The position numbers and the translations under genes are program-made. A stretch of DNA of 57,524 nt, taken from the IMG/VR virus record IMGVR_UViG_3300020382_000273, positions 1-57,524 of that record. One strand, 5' to 3'. The notes under the pieces are model-generated. The model made no database searches, was not told the DNA's origin, and saw nothing but the letters and a program-made list of their open reading frames with translations. The stretch comes from a virus. Lineage: Duplodnaviria; Caudoviricetes. Position 1 is the stretch's first letter; every line of letters begins with the position of its first letter. Shown here piece by piece: positions 28,831-39,572 of this stretch.

Positions 28831-29805
28831 TTAATTTTGTTGAGTATTATCTTCACTTTCTTGTAATTGTCCAAAAGCAACTATTTGTTCTTCTCTTATT
28901 GAAACACCTGCATATTGTAATATTTTGTTTACTATATTAGGTTCATCAGATTCTGGTAATTCAAAATCCTGATAATCAGCTTGACCTTCATCAAAAACTG
29001 GTTCTCCACCAGTTAAAGAACTGTAAGTCCAATTAGGATCTAATGGGTATCTTATATATTGAGATACAACTATACCACTACTAATAGTAATTGTTGTTGG
29101 GTATACTGTTAATGTATTTCCAAATGTACCTGCAGTAGCACCACCTAAAACATAAGCTGGATATGAAGTAGTTGGAGAAGTTAAATGAGATGAATTTAAA
29201 TAAAATATTTTATTTTGTGAAACTCTTTCTATTTCTCTAATACCTGCTGTTGTAGCAATAACATATCCATTTCCAATCGTTGCTGCTGTTCCAAATGGAT
29301 TAGCAGACAAAGTTAATTGTGTAGCTGAATCAACACTTATTACATATGCACTTACACCACTAGAAACGCTTGTTAAAGAAGAGTTATAAACTATCTGACC
29401 TGGTAGTACAGATCCGTTATTAAACGTTGCATTTGTATCTGTTAATGTGTTAAGAGCAGCTGCTGTTGTAGTAGAAGAAGTAATTATATTAGGATATAAA
29501 TTTATCTTATTAATTAAATAATAATCTTCTGGTAAATTAAATAAATTAATTCCAGTATTTGTTAATCCTCTTGTTTCTGAAAAACTATCGATTACTTCTA
29601 CTAATCCTCTTAAAATATCAGCATACCCACTTCCAGATACTCTTGCGTTTTGTTTTACAACCCAACTGTTATATTGATAAAAGTAATCTTCAAATATATC
29701 TAATTGAGCTTGTTTTGCATATAAATTAAAATCATTAGGAGTTATGTATCCGTAGTTGTTTTTATTAGCAATAGACATTACCGTGGCTCTGACTGTATTT
29801 ATCAT
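28831..29805 (-). CDS. Head-tail adaptor/ring protein with inserted beta domain
   Basis: ANKNNYGYITP.DFN.YAKQAQ, YIRYP.DP.W, DFELP..D..IV.KILQYAG. Confidence 0.6.
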   Translation of the reverse strand: MINTVRATVMSIANKNNYGYITPNDFNLYAKQAQLDIFEDYFYQYNSWVVKQNARVSGSGYADILRGLVEVIDSFSETRGLTNTGINLFNLPEDYYLINKINLYPNIITSSTTTAAALNTLTDTNATFNNGSVLPGQIVYNSSLTSVSSGVSAYVISVDSATQLTLSANPFGTAATIGNGYVIATTAGIREIERVSQNKIFYLNSSHLTSPTTSYPAYVLGGATAGTFGNTLTVYPTTITISSGIVVSQYIRYPLDPNWTYSSLTGGEPVFDEGQADYQDFELPESDEPNIVNKILQYAGVSIREEQIVAFGQLQESEDNTQQN

Positions 29806-29822
29806 TTTTAATCTTGTTTACA

Positions 29823-29830
29823 CAAAGATA
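29823..29830 (-). promoter_or_regulatory. -7 promoter box TAtcTTTG
   Basis: Exact consensus directly downstream of a terminator. Confidence 0.65.
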
Positions 29831-29831
29831 C

Positions 29832-29867
29832 AAAAAAAAAAAGAGGCTTCATTTTATTGAAACCTCT
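29832..29867 (-). terminator. Rho-independent terminator
   Basis: AGAGGTTTCA...TGAAGCCTCT followed by a long T run on the minus strand. Confidence 0.75.
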
Positions 29868-29894
29868 CTATAATCTTAATAAATTATTTAATTT

Positions 29895-31061
29895 TTATCC
29901 AACTGCTGATCCTGTAATTACAACATCCGATGGTGTTATTTGTACAAAAGATATAGCTGTTCCAGAAACATTTCCTTCTGCTGCTATTTGAGCATTTTGA
30001 ATACCTGTTAAAACAGTTTTGTCAACATCTGATGAAGTTGTTAAAGTTATTGTATAATCTGTAGAACAAAATAATTTTACTGAAGTTGTACTATCTATTG
30101 TTGCTACTGTAATATGATCTGCTGCAACTAATAATGGACTCGATAAAGAAGAGTCATAAATTTTAAAAGTATCATCAATTGTTACATTTTTAAATAATTT
30201 TACTCTATAAAATGTTCCAACCAAAGCTTCTACTTTACTTACAACACCAGAACTAAATACAATAAAATCTCCTACTTTTACATTAGAAGTCCATTGCTGA
30301 TCAAAATTATATAGTTCTTGAGCTTTAGCTGAAATAGTGAAATTAGCATTTGATCTTTGTGCAGTATTAAAAATATCAGCATCTAGTAATATTTCTGTGT
30401 TACTTAATACTTCTGCAACATTTGCAAAAAGATTATCTGAAATGTTTCTTACAATATCTCCAACTTGTACTTGATGTGTTGAAAAATCAGCAGTTGATGA
30501 TCTTACAACTAATGGTTTTTTAATAAAATAATTATTACCTCCTGGGAAAGTTCCATCTAAAGTTAGAAAAGTTGCTGCTACTGATACTATTATTCTAGTA
30601 GTATTAGTTGTTGTATCAAAACAAAAATCTCCTGCTGCAACTCCTAAAGCAACAAAGTCTTTACTAGAATCTGTCAATCTATTTACTACTGTTTGTACTG
30701 TTAATATTGCACCAACAGCATTAGTATCACCACCTGCAATACTAAATGTATCACCTACTAGATAATTAATACCACCTGTCACTACTACAACTGAATTTAC
30801 ATCTACTACTCCTGCTGTTTGCGTATAAGTAACTGTTAATCCTGTACCTGTACCTGATGTAGCAACCGTTGCTACACCTGCACCAGAGTCTGGATATCCC
30901 ACACCAGTTGCAGTATTTGAAGCTGTAAGAGTTGCACCAATAGAATCTGAAGAACCACTTGCGATAGCTTCGCTTTGTTTACCTTTTATTACTAACTCAG
31001 CATCAAGTGTAAATGAAGAATTAATTTCAGTTGATATTGGTATTGATATAAATTTTGACAT
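29895..31061 (-). CDS. Putative head decoration/fibre protein with repeated beta domains
   Basis: Start at MSKFISIP, since the upstream extension crosses a terminator; three 'F....V..GD' repeats. Confidence 0.55.
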   Translation of the reverse strand: MSKFISIPISTEINSSFTLDAELVIKGKQSEAIASGSSDSIGATLTASNTATGVGYPDSGAGVATVATSGTGTGLTVTYTQTAGVVDVNSVVVVTGGINYLVGDTFSIAGGDTNAVGAILTVQTVVNRLTDSSKDFVALGVAAGDFCFDTTTNTTRIIVSVAATFLTLDGTFPGGNNYFIKKPLVVRSSTADFSTHQVQVGDIVRNISDNLFANVAEVLSNTEILLDADIFNTAQRSNANFTISAKAQELYNFDQQWTSNVKVGDFIVFSSGVVSKVEALVGTFYRVKLFKNVTIDDTFKIYDSSLSSPLLVAADHITVATIDSTTSVKLFCSTDYTITLTTSSDVDKTVLTGIQNAQIAAEGNVSGTAISFVQITPSDVVITGSAVG

Positions 31062-31087
31062 TGTTTTAATTTTTTTATTATATTCTA

Positions 31088-31095
31088 CAAATATA
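31088..31095 (-). promoter_or_regulatory. -7 promoter box TAtaTTTG
   Basis: Exact consensus about 27 nt upstream of the ATG at 31061. Confidence 0.6.
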
Positions 31096-31097
31096 GT

Positions 31098-31127
31098 AAA
31101 AAAAAAACACTCTATTTCTAGAGTGTT
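31098..31127 (-). terminator. Rho-independent terminator
   Basis: AACACTCTA-gaaa-TAGAGTGTT followed by a T run. Confidence 0.8.
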
Positions 31128-31149
31128 CATTTCAAAGTTACATTAATTT

Positions 31150-31905
31150 TTATTTAACTTTATTAATTCTATTTTCTAATAAACGAAGAACTTCTACTCC
31201 TTCATCATTTTGGAAAAATGATGCTAGAATAAATAAAGGATCTTCTCCATATGGAATAGTTAAAAGTTTTTTCTTGTTTGTTTTTAAATTATAATAAATG
31301 TCTTTTCCATTTTTAATTATCAGTAAACTTTCTGATAAGAATTTAGAACATTTATTTTGTAATAATAATAATGGATCATTAAGCGATTCTAAAAAATCAG
31401 TTGGATATCTTTTTGCAAATATTCTTATATCTCTTTTAAGTTCAGCTGAACTCATTTTGCTTACATTTAAACCAATTACAACTGTCGCAATAGTTTCCAT
31501 TAATTCTAAGCTTAAATCTTTAGCAGCAATCATTGCTTCTAATTCATAATCTAAACTTTCTACATCTCCTGCAGCATCTTGTTCTTTGTTTACTTCTACA
31601 AATAATCTATTATTAGATGGATGGTAACTTAAAAATTCTTGTAAAACTGGATTAGTTTTAGGAACAAATAAAAACCCATCTTCAAATACGATTGGTTCTA
31701 AAATTGCATTTCCATCTTGTTCATCCTCAAAAGGACTTCTTTGATTTTTAGCATAACGCAAAGATCTATTTATATTTTTATCTTCATCAAAATACATTAA
31801 TGGAGATCTTCTACTATTTCTAGCAGGAATCATTAAACTTAAAGGAGCAATATCTCCTACTAATTTATAAGTCTTGTCTGTTAAAATACTTGTTTGTTTT
31901 TTCAT
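31150..31905 (-). CDS. Conserved capsid-module protein
   Basis: 251-aa ORF directly after the major capsid gene; LRYA.NQ.SPF.DEQ..I.FEDG.L.V. Confidence 0.6.
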   Translation of the reverse strand: MKKQTSILTDKTYKLVGDIAPLSLMIPARNSRRSPLMYFDEDKNINRSLRYAKNQRSPFEDEQDGNAILEPIVFEDGFLFVPKTNPVLQEFLSYHPSNNRLFVEVNKEQDAAGDVESLDYELEAMIAAKDLSLELMETIATVVIGLNVSKMSSAELKRDIRIFAKRYPTDFLESLNDPLLLLQNKCSKFLSESLLIIKNGKDIYYNLKTNKKKLLTIPYGEDPLFILASFFQNDEGVEVLRLLENRINKVK

Positions 31906-31929
31906 TTAATTAAATTTAAAGTTTATGTT

Positions 31930-31970
31930 AAAAAAAAAGGGAGGCTCATCAGAATTTTTATTGCCTCCCC
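31930..31970 (-). terminator. Rho-independent terminator after the capsid gene
   Basis: GGGAGGC...GCCTCCC followed by T9. Confidence 0.75.
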
Positions 31971-31986
31971 TTTAATTATTTATTTC

Positions 31987-33426
31987 TTATTGTTTGAATA
32001 AGAAAAAGTTATTAGCACCTAAAGTACATAAAGCTCTTTCTGATAAGAAGTTTACTTCCATTGCATCTAAGCTAGAAGTAGCTGCTCCACCTGCAGAACC
32101 TGTAATCCAAGTTTTATAACGTCTGTCTTCAGTTTCTGAAGCTCTATATCTTACGTGTAAGAATGGTCTTTTAGCGTTTTTACCAAGTACTTGGTCATAA
32201 ACTGTAGTTGAACCAGCTGGTACTAAAATACCGTTGATTTTTCCACCTACTAAACCACCTCTCATTGTAGGATCGTTTAAATATTTCCAGTCTGTTTTAT
32301 AAAAATCATAACCTCTTCTGAATCCTGAGAAACCTAAGTTTAAAGCCATTTCTTGATCATTATCAAATAAACCAAATGATGCTGAGTTAGATGATCCACC
32401 TGCAACATAACCGTTAAGACTAGCTAACATATCGTCAACGTCAAATCCAAACTCTCTGTTTAAGAAAAGTACATTCTCTTCAATAGATCCTTGTTTATCA
32501 AGTCTCTGAATAATAGAATCAAATTCTCCTAAAGTTGTTGGGTTTCCACCTGCCCATACGTTACCTCTAGCGTTAACCACATAGAATAAACCTTCTGAAC
32601 CTTTGTTACCTACACCTGATGCAACACCAGCTGCAATTGCAACTACACCACCACCTACTTCTGCAGGTACTGCTTCAACCATTGCTGTCTCTAAATAATC
32701 TTCAAAACGTAATCTTGTTTCGTGTTCTGATTTTAGATACCATAAGAAACCATTAGCTCCATTTTCAGTAGTCACTTCAATCCATCCAATTTGTGCCATA
32801 TCAGAACCTGATACTGCATATCTATCTTTGATGATTATTGGTGAGTTATCAAAAATGATGTCATCAGCTTCAAGTTGTCCTTGCATACCGTTAGATCCTT
32901 TTTGAAATTCTGAACCATAAATAAACATAGAAGTAACAACTCCTAATGCTGCTTGTTGTCCACCTGCTTCATAATACGCTACTGTAATTTGTGCATTAGG
33001 TAAATCTACTGCTGTAATTAAAGCTTTGTTTGTTAATACTGAATTAGCTGTGTTATCAGAGATCATAATTGTTTGACCAACTCTTAATGCAATTTGTCCA
33101 CCTGCTGGAATTAATGCATCGTTAATTGCTAATACTGCTACGTCTTGTCCTGCAGCTGCTGCTGAAGTTACATTTACATATTTAGTATGCAATCTTCCTT
33201 GTTCTGCCCATTTAATTAAATCTGAATTAGAAGGCATCTCTGCTCCAACCATTCTAAGAAATGATGCTACTGATCTGTTTCCATATCTTTCAAATTCTTT
33301 TTCATAAGTATCTGGTAAATATTGATTTAAGAAATCAAAATTTGTGATATAGTTTGTTTGTAATACTACTTGCTGTGCACTTGGTTGTAAATTAAAACCT
33401 GGTGCTGCATTTACTTGTCCTGCCAT
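31987..33426 (-). CDS. Major capsid protein
   Basis: 479 aa after the scaffold; QYLPDTYEKEFERYG, KWAEQGRLH, LNLGFSGFRRGYDFYK, EVNFLSERALC; followed by a terminator. Confidence 0.85.
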   Translation of the reverse strand: MAGQVNAAPGFNLQPSAQQVVLQTNYITNFDFLNQYLPDTYEKEFERYGNRSVASFLRMVGAEMPSNSDLIKWAEQGRLHTKYVNVTSAAAAGQDVAVLAINDALIPAGGQIALRVGQTIMISDNTANSVLTNKALITAVDLPNAQITVAYYEAGGQQAALGVVTSMFIYGSEFQKGSNGMQGQLEADDIIFDNSPIIIKDRYAVSGSDMAQIGWIEVTTENGANGFLWYLKSEHETRLRFEDYLETAMVEAVPAEVGGGVVAIAAGVASGVGNKGSEGLFYVVNARGNVWAGGNPTTLGEFDSIIQRLDKQGSIEENVLFLNREFGFDVDDMLASLNGYVAGGSSNSASFGLFDNDQEMALNLGFSGFRRGYDFYKTDWKYLNDPTMRGGLVGGKINGILVPAGSTTVYDQVLGKNAKRPFLHVRYRASETEDRRYKTWITGSAGGAATSSLDAMEVNFLSERALCTLGANNFFLFKQ

Positions 33427-33445
33427 TTTTTTAAATTTTTAATTA

Positions 33446-34582
33446 TTAATTATTTTTTCTACTACTTCTAATCCTCAAGCCTTTTCCTGATGTGTCATTA
33501 ATTGCTTTAGCTTTAAATCCTGCTTGTGGCGTTCCTTGAGGTGTTTGTCTCAAGTCCATATTAATGTTTTTACTTTTTTTCGAAACATCACCTATGGCAT
33601 CTGCCTTACCTTGATCATAAAAATATTGAGCAAGTTTGTCTGGATTCATTGCTGCATTTAATGCCTTGTGCCAACCTTTTGCATTTGATATTATACCTTC
33701 GCTATCAACATACTCATTAATAAAATTTTGTACATTAATTTGTTTAGATTTAATTTCATTTGCATCTCCAGATGAATAAATAATATTTTTTTCTCCTATA
33801 TTAAACTCAAAACCTTTGAATTCAGAATTAAAAACTTCATCTGTTTTTTTGCTAAAAAATTCAGCTCTTTTTTTATTAGCCTCCATCTCATCACGAGCCT
33901 CTTGGACCTTTTCCTTGTATTCACTATAATCTTTACGATCATCTTCGTTCAGCGAACCCCCACTTGACTCAAGAGGAATTTTATATGCTTCAGAAATTTC
34001 ACTTAAATATTTACGTGCTGTTGCAAGTTCTCTTTTTTTAGATATCTTCTTCTTTTTAATATCTCTTTCATCATCTATATCTTCATCATAACCATATTTA
34101 TCTTCCATTAGATATTCAATATCTTCTGTATCTAAATCTGTTTCTGTTAAAGAATAATATTCTTTTAATAATTTATCGTCACTTAATTCTGTATAATCTT
34201 TATTAGCATTTACAAAATCTTGAAACCCACGCCCTGTTTCTTTTTTAAATTTTAAATATTTAGAAACATCATCTGGTAATTCTTCATTACTTTCTGATTG
34301 AGCAAATAAATCATCTACAGAAGATATATCTTTATTATATCGTGATTTAATATATGAAAGAACATCTTCGTCTTTTAATTCAGGTAAGTCTTGAATTTCT
34401 TCTGACTTTTCCTCAATTGGTAATTCTTTAGTTTCTGGAACAACAATTTCTATTGTATCAGAATTTTCGTTAACTTCTTGAGCTTGTAAACCATCTTCGT
34501 GTTTAGTTAATAAGTCTTGCTCAATTTCTTGTGTTGATTTTGACTCAATAGAGTCAACTGATTTTACATCTGTGAATTTCAT
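33446..34582 (-). CDS. Capsid scaffolding protein
   Basis: Very acidic and helical; lies between portal and capsid genes. Confidence 0.75.
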   Translation of the reverse strand: MKFTDVKSVDSIESKSTQEIEQDLLTKHEDGLQAQEVNENSDTIEIVVPETKELPIEEKSEEIQDLPELKDEDVLSYIKSRYNKDISSVDDLFAQSESNEELPDDVSKYLKFKKETGRGFQDFVNANKDYTELSDDKLLKEYYSLTETDLDTEDIEYLMEDKYGYDEDIDDERDIKKKKISKKRELATARKYLSEISEAYKIPLESSGGSLNEDDRKDYSEYKEKVQEARDEMEANKKRAEFFSKKTDEVFNSEFKGFEFNIGEKNIIYSSGDANEIKSKQINVQNFINEYVDSEGIISNAKGWHKALNAAMNPDKLAQYFYDQGKADAIGDVSKKSKNINMDLRQTPQGTPQAGFKAKAINDTSGKGLRIRSSRKNN

Positions 34583-34597
34583 TTGATTTAATTTTTA

Positions 34598-34605
34598 CAA
34601 AGTTA
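34598..34605 (-). promoter_or_regulatory. -7 promoter box TAacTTTG
   Basis: Exact consensus upstream of the scaffold-capsid genes. Confidence 0.65.
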
Positions 34606-34633
34606 ATATTTAATTTTATATACTATTTAAGGA

Positions 34634-37069
34634 TCATCTAGGTTCAAATTCAGCAAGATCAAAACCATCTAAACTATCTTCTTTAGATTCAAAAGATACA
34701 GGAGCTAAATTATTTTTACGTTGTTCTATTAATTTTGATTGCTCAGTAGACTGCTGACTTATTCTGTCTGATTTAGCAGTTTCTCTTTGATCTTCTCTAG
34801 CTGACATTGCTTCAACCTCAACTCCTTTTAATTTCATATTTAAATCAAATTCCAATTTCATTAATTCAGATTTTATGTTTGCCTCACCTTGCATTCTTTG
34901 AAGTGAAAATTGCATTTCACTTTGCATTATTTTCAACTTAGCTTCATTTTCAGTTTGAATTTTTGCCATTGCAGCCTGTGCAGCCATCTGTTGAGATTGT
35001 TGTTGGATTTTTCCTTGTTGCTCTGCTGCTGCTGCAGATGCTTTTTGAGTTGCATCTGCTTTTCTTTTACGTTTTAATTTTAAAACTTGATTAGCAACTT
35101 TTAAATTTTTAATTTCTCTAATATCAATAGCATCTTCTAAGTTAATAGAATCACGTGATAAAGCCATATTAATATTTTGTTCTAGCATTTTTCGTTCTTC
35201 TTCGTCAGGAACAACTTCTATAAAAATACCAAAATCACTTAAATATAAATCTGTAATTTCATTAAGTACAGAAACATTGTATTTACCAATTTGATTTACA
35301 AATTCATCTTTAAATTCTGAATACTCTAAAACATCAGCAATTCGTGAAGATAATGCTGTAGCTAAGTTTTGAGTTATACTTAAACCAGCTTGTAATATAT
35401 GACGAGTAGCAGTATTACTACTTAATGCAGCCATTTTTTGTAATCCAACTAATGCATTTTCATTAGGTAAAGATCCGTCTCTTGCTTCGTTTAATCCAGT
35501 TACATCTCTTAACATACTTAAATAATGATTGTATGTACCAATTAAACTTTGAATTTTAGACTGACCTGAACTTGCTGTTAATTGTTGAATAGGAACTTTT
35601 GCTTGATTAAAATCTCCATCCTGAGTATAACTTCTACCAATAACACTACCTGTTTGAAAATACATTCTTAATGCATCTTCAGGATTATATGCAGCACCAT
35701 TACCTAAATCAACTTCTGCTAATCCATCTGCATCAATAAATACACCATCAGGAACAACTTTAGATAAAACTTGTTGTAATTTTAAATGTGTAATTTGAAT
35801 TAAATCTGCAAACGTAATCATTCGTCTTACTAAAGATTCTAAAACTCCTTTATACATTCTAGGAGCACAAGCTATAAATTCTGGATAAACATTCTGACTT
35901 GCCGATTGTGGTCTAGCCATATTCTCAGCCATTTGCCATTTAAGAATTATGCTAGTTCCCATAACCATAACTCCTTCATACCAAACATCAATAGTTTTAG
36001 ATACTTTTTCAAAGTTTCCTTCTTCCATCATTTCATCTGATGGATTAAATTCATCTGTTTTTTCTATAACTTTTTCAGCACCAACATTATTTTTTTTCTT
36101 TTTATATGTAAATGTATTAGTTGTTTTATAATTAAAAAACAAAATTGTAGCACTATCCCTGCTAAACAAACTGTTATTATAAAATTGTGCAGTATTATTA
36201 TAGTCATACCAACTTTGGCTATACTGAGATATTTCCTCCATATCTTCTTTAGTTAATGAAGGATCAATTTTTAATAATTCTATAATAGGTAAAGTTTTAA
36301 TTTCACCCCAATAAAAACAATCATTAAAATGAGGATCTTCAGTATAACTATAAACTAAGTTAGCTGGATCTACATAATTTATTTTAATTCCATCACCAGG
36401 CAAAAATGAATGTCTAGCTACAGAAATACCTAAAACAGTTTGATCGTAATCTAATTGTTTTTTTATTTCGTGATATTTATTTTCTTCAAAAACAGTATTA
36501 ATTGCTTCTTCTTCAGCAATTTCAATTGAAGGTTTATATTTCATTTGCATATGTAATGCAAGTTCTTCACTATCTGCAGGTAAGTCTTCAACATCAGATG
36601 CAAATGCATCTACGTCAAAATCTTTATTTACTTGAGTTATTAAATCTTTTGATGCCATATCTGCACCAAGCATACGTTGATAGTTGTTTCTTCTATCCAT
36701 TGACATTGCATCTTGTGCATATGCTTTTACTTGAAATACCCTGTCAGACATTCCATTAACAACTATGTCAACAAATTTTGGTATAATAGGAACTGGTGTC
36801 CAATCTAAATTCAAATAACTTAAATCGCCATCTATTGCTAATTCATTTTTATATTTAGCAACTGATTGTTCTCCTCTAGCATAAAGTCGTAATCTATGAA
36901 ATTCTCCCCATTGATTATAAAATCTATTTGTATTACCATCTTTTCTAAACCATTCGTATTGTATGGCTTGACCAATCTGTAATCCAAATTCATTTGATTT
37001 CTTAACAGAATCAGAAACAAATTGACTTGGAAACCCAGTTGGGTTAATGTCTATTTTTACATCTTGCAT
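34634..37069 (-). CDS. Portal protein
   Basis: 811 aa directly after the terminase; RLYARGEQ, PIIPKFVDIVVNG, VTGLNEARDG, Q-rich coiled-coil C-terminus. Confidence 0.85.
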   Translation of the reverse strand: MQDVKIDINPTGFPSQFVSDSVKKSNEFGLQIGQAIQYEWFRKDGNTNRFYNQWGEFHRLRLYARGEQSVAKYKNELAIDGDLSYLNLDWTPVPIIPKFVDIVVNGMSDRVFQVKAYAQDAMSMDRRNNYQRMLGADMASKDLITQVNKDFDVDAFASDVEDLPADSEELALHMQMKYKPSIEIAEEEAINTVFEENKYHEIKKQLDYDQTVLGISVARHSFLPGDGIKINYVDPANLVYSYTEDPHFNDCFYWGEIKTLPIIELLKIDPSLTKEDMEEISQYSQSWYDYNNTAQFYNNSLFSRDSATILFFNYKTTNTFTYKKKKNNVGAEKVIEKTDEFNPSDEMMEEGNFEKVSKTIDVWYEGVMVMGTSIILKWQMAENMARPQSASQNVYPEFIACAPRMYKGVLESLVRRMITFADLIQITHLKLQQVLSKVVPDGVFIDADGLAEVDLGNGAAYNPEDALRMYFQTGSVIGRSYTQDGDFNQAKVPIQQLTASSGQSKIQSLIGTYNHYLSMLRDVTGLNEARDGSLPNENALVGLQKMAALSSNTATRHILQAGLSITQNLATALSSRIADVLEYSEFKDEFVNQIGKYNVSVLNEITDLYLSDFGIFIEVVPDEEERKMLEQNINMALSRDSINLEDAIDIREIKNLKVANQVLKLKRKRKADATQKASAAAAEQQGKIQQQSQQMAAQAAMAKIQTENEAKLKIMQSEMQFSLQRMQGEANIKSELMKLEFDLNMKLKGVEVEAMSAREDQRETAKSDRISQQSTEQSKLIEQRKNNLAPVSFESKEDSLDGFDLAEFEPR

Positions 37070-39316
37070 TTACCTTATAATTTTGCTGTAACTTCCCTTA
37101 TTGTCATATCTTGCAAAGTTAAACTTTATTTTTGATTCTTTTTTAACTGTTTCATAAAGATGTTTTTGAATTGCCATTAACGCTAACCCTGAACTAATTG
37201 TTGCATCAAACTTAGTTCTATTGTTAATATCAAATCTTGCCCAATCTTCTAAAGTCCTACTAAAATACATACTGCCTATTGAATCTGGATCTCTATAATC
37301 TCCAGAAAAATCTAATCCTACATATTTTTCTATATATGATTCTATAGATGCTGCGTGTGTTTGTTTAACATCTTCACTTGAATTAGGAATACCACCTAAT
37401 TCTTTTTCAGTTTTTGATAATTTATTATAAGACTTGTCAGGTCTATTAATACTATACCCTCTATATCCTCTATTTTTAAAATGATACAATAATCTTGGTT
37501 TATTATTTTCTACTAATATAGGCATTCCATAAAAAACACAAGCCATTAATACTTCTTCAAAAAATATTTCTGCAGTTTGTGGTCTAGCAACATATTCTAA
37601 AAAAAATTCATTACTTGGGGCATCATCCATATTGAACCTTGTAACACCGTGTAACGCACCGTTTGATCCTCCACCCCCTACAGTACCAGATATGTCATAA
37701 CTATCGCAACCAAATGCTCCTATATGTTCATTACCAGGTTTCTTTTTTCCGTTTTGTACATAGCTTTTGTTTTGTAAGTCTTTTTTAGGTGTCCAAGAAA
37801 TAACAAACCTACCTCTAATATCAGGACTCCATAAAACTTCACTATCTTTTACACCATTCTTCCAACTAAAATTACCTTTAGTTAAAAATCTATCTTTTAT
37901 TAAAGAATCATTGTAATCAATTTGCTGATATATTTTTGTAAGATTAAAAAGAGATTGTTTGCTTTCATCTCTAAATGCGTGAGATTCAGTTCTAGGAAAC
38001 TGTCTGTAAAATTCATTTAACGCATCTGGATCATTTTTTAAAGAGTCTACTTCGTTTTGCCAATATTGAATTGCAGATGTAGTTATTTTTTCTCCATCAA
38101 TTCCAAATAATTCTTTTTTTACATCTTGAATAATAGGCATACCATAAACATCAATAAAACCTTCCATATTATATTCCATAGGAATAAAAAGATTATATAA
38201 ACCACTTTTAGTTTGACCGTTAGCGTTTCTTTGTTGTATAGAAGAATCATAAAATAACTTTTTAAAATTACTACCTCCTTTATCTAATGAATTAGATGTA
38301 GATCCCATCATACATTTTCCAATAACTTTACTACCTAATCGTAAACAAGTTTTTGTTACCCTCCAGTTATTTAAAATATTACTAGGTTTTTCCCATTTCC
38401 CACTTTCATCGTGAACTAATAATTTTAACTTTTCTCCATCATAAGAATTATCACCTGTATTTTTCCAGTCAATTGTAGTATCTAATCCTTCAACTTGTAC
38501 ATCATCTTCTTCATACATATTTCTTTTTGTAATCTTTGAAGCTGGAACTCTAAAAGCTAATTCAGTTTTAGGTTTATCCATACCATCTTGCACAGGTTTA
38601 AAAAAGAAAGGATAATTATTAGAAATAGGAACTACTTTATCTGTAAACATTTTTTTAGCATCTGCTCCAGTTTTAGATAAAATACCTATTCTTGAATCTT
38701 TAGAAATTGTTGCTATGTTAGCACATTCTTCACTTCCCATATAAGAAAATCCAGAACGTCTAATTTTTAAATAACAAATTCCAAAACTTCTTTTATCTGC
38801 TTTACAAGCTTCCCAGTATATATAAAAAATTCTATTAGCTTCTCTAAAATCTGGAAGACCAATATCAATTTTTGTCCATTGTAAATACATATAATGAGAT
38901 CCAGTAATATAAGTAGGAACTCCATTATTCATAAACCAAAAACCTTCTTCACGTCTGTCAAACTCTTGCTCAATGTAATCTACCCATTGATCTTTAAAGT
39001 TTATAGACGTTTGATGCCATTGAAATATAGTAGGTATTTTTTTTAATGCTGCAGGAATAGTAAAAGATTCCCAGTATTGTTCTTTTTTTTCTAAAGATTT
39101 TTTATGTATATTTTTGCTTTGTATAGGTAGAGCTATTTCTAATCCATTGATTGATATAACATCTCCAATTTGTCCTGATTTAGATATAACAATTACTTTA
39201 TATTTTTCATTAAAACCATACTCCCAACTTTTAGCTTTGTTCTTATTGACAAAATCGCTAGTCGGAATATAATTATTTAATTTCCTATATAAATTATTTT
39301 GATCTTCTTTCAGCAA
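37070..39316 (-). CDS. terL: Terminase large subunit
   Basis: LKIRRSGFS (Walker A variant), LLVHDESGKW (Walker B), MGST, GCDSYD nuclease motif, ENNK. Confidence 0.9.
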   Translation of the reverse strand: MLKEDQNNLYRKLNNYIPTSDFVNKNKAKSWEYGFNEKYKVIVISKSGQIGDVISINGLEIALPIQSKNIHKKSLEKKEQYWESFTIPAALKKIPTIFQWHQTSINFKDQWVDYIEQEFDRREEGFWFMNNGVPTYITGSHYMYLQWTKIDIGLPDFREANRIFYIYWEACKADKRSFGICYLKIRRSGFSYMGSEECANIATISKDSRIGILSKTGADAKKMFTDKVVPISNNYPFFFKPVQDGMDKPKTELAFRVPASKITKRNMYEEDDVQVEGLDTTIDWKNTGDNSYDGEKLKLLVHDESGKWEKPSNILNNWRVTKTCLRLGSKVIGKCMMGSTSNSLDKGGSNFKKLFYDSSIQQRNANGQTKSGLYNLFIPMEYNMEGFIDVYGMPIIQDVKKELFGIDGEKITTSAIQYWQNEVDSLKNDPDALNEFYRQFPRTESHAFRDESKQSLFNLTKIYQQIDYNDSLIKDRFLTKGNFSWKNGVKDSEVLWSPDIRGRFVISWTPKKDLQNKSYVQNGKKKPGNEHIGAFGCDSYDISGTVGGGGSNGALHGVTRFNMDDAPSNEFFLEYVARPQTAEIFFEEVLMACVFYGMPILVENNKPRLLYHFKNRGYRGYSINRPDKSYNKLSKTEKELGGIPNSSEDVKQTHAASIESYIEKYVGLDFSGDYRDPDSIGSMYFSRTLEDWARFDINNRTKFDATISSGLALMAIQKHLYETVKKESKIKFNFARYDNKGSYSKIIR

Positions 39317-39572
39317 ATCCTTGAGTAGTATTAGATTTAGTTATAACGTCACCATCATTTAACAATTTATTTTCATCTTCAATTCTTTTTAGAATTTCAA
39401 ATGCATCAAATATAGCTAACTTTTTTGTGGCAGCAGCATTCTTTAATTTATCAGCAGCCAATTCATCGTCTTCTCCGTATTTAATAATATGTTCTTCGGC
39501 AACTTTAATTAATTGCATAACAGCTTTTTCACCAGCTTTTATAATTTGTAATTTAATATTCTTAACATCCAT
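39294..39572 (-). CDS. Helical protein upstream of terL (small terminase candidate)
   Basis: Position and size only. Confidence 0.4.
   Translation of the reverse strand: MDVKNIKLQIIKAGEKAVMQLIKVAEEHIIKYGEDDELAADKLKNAAATKKLAIFDAFEILKRIEDENKLLNDGDVITKSNTTQGFAERRSK

Noticed and set aside
31062-31130. N-terminal extension of the 411-aa ORF
   Set aside because: It runs through a terminator hairpin and a -7 box, so the ATG at 31061 is more plausible. A further TAacTTTG at 31133-31140 leaves slight doubt.
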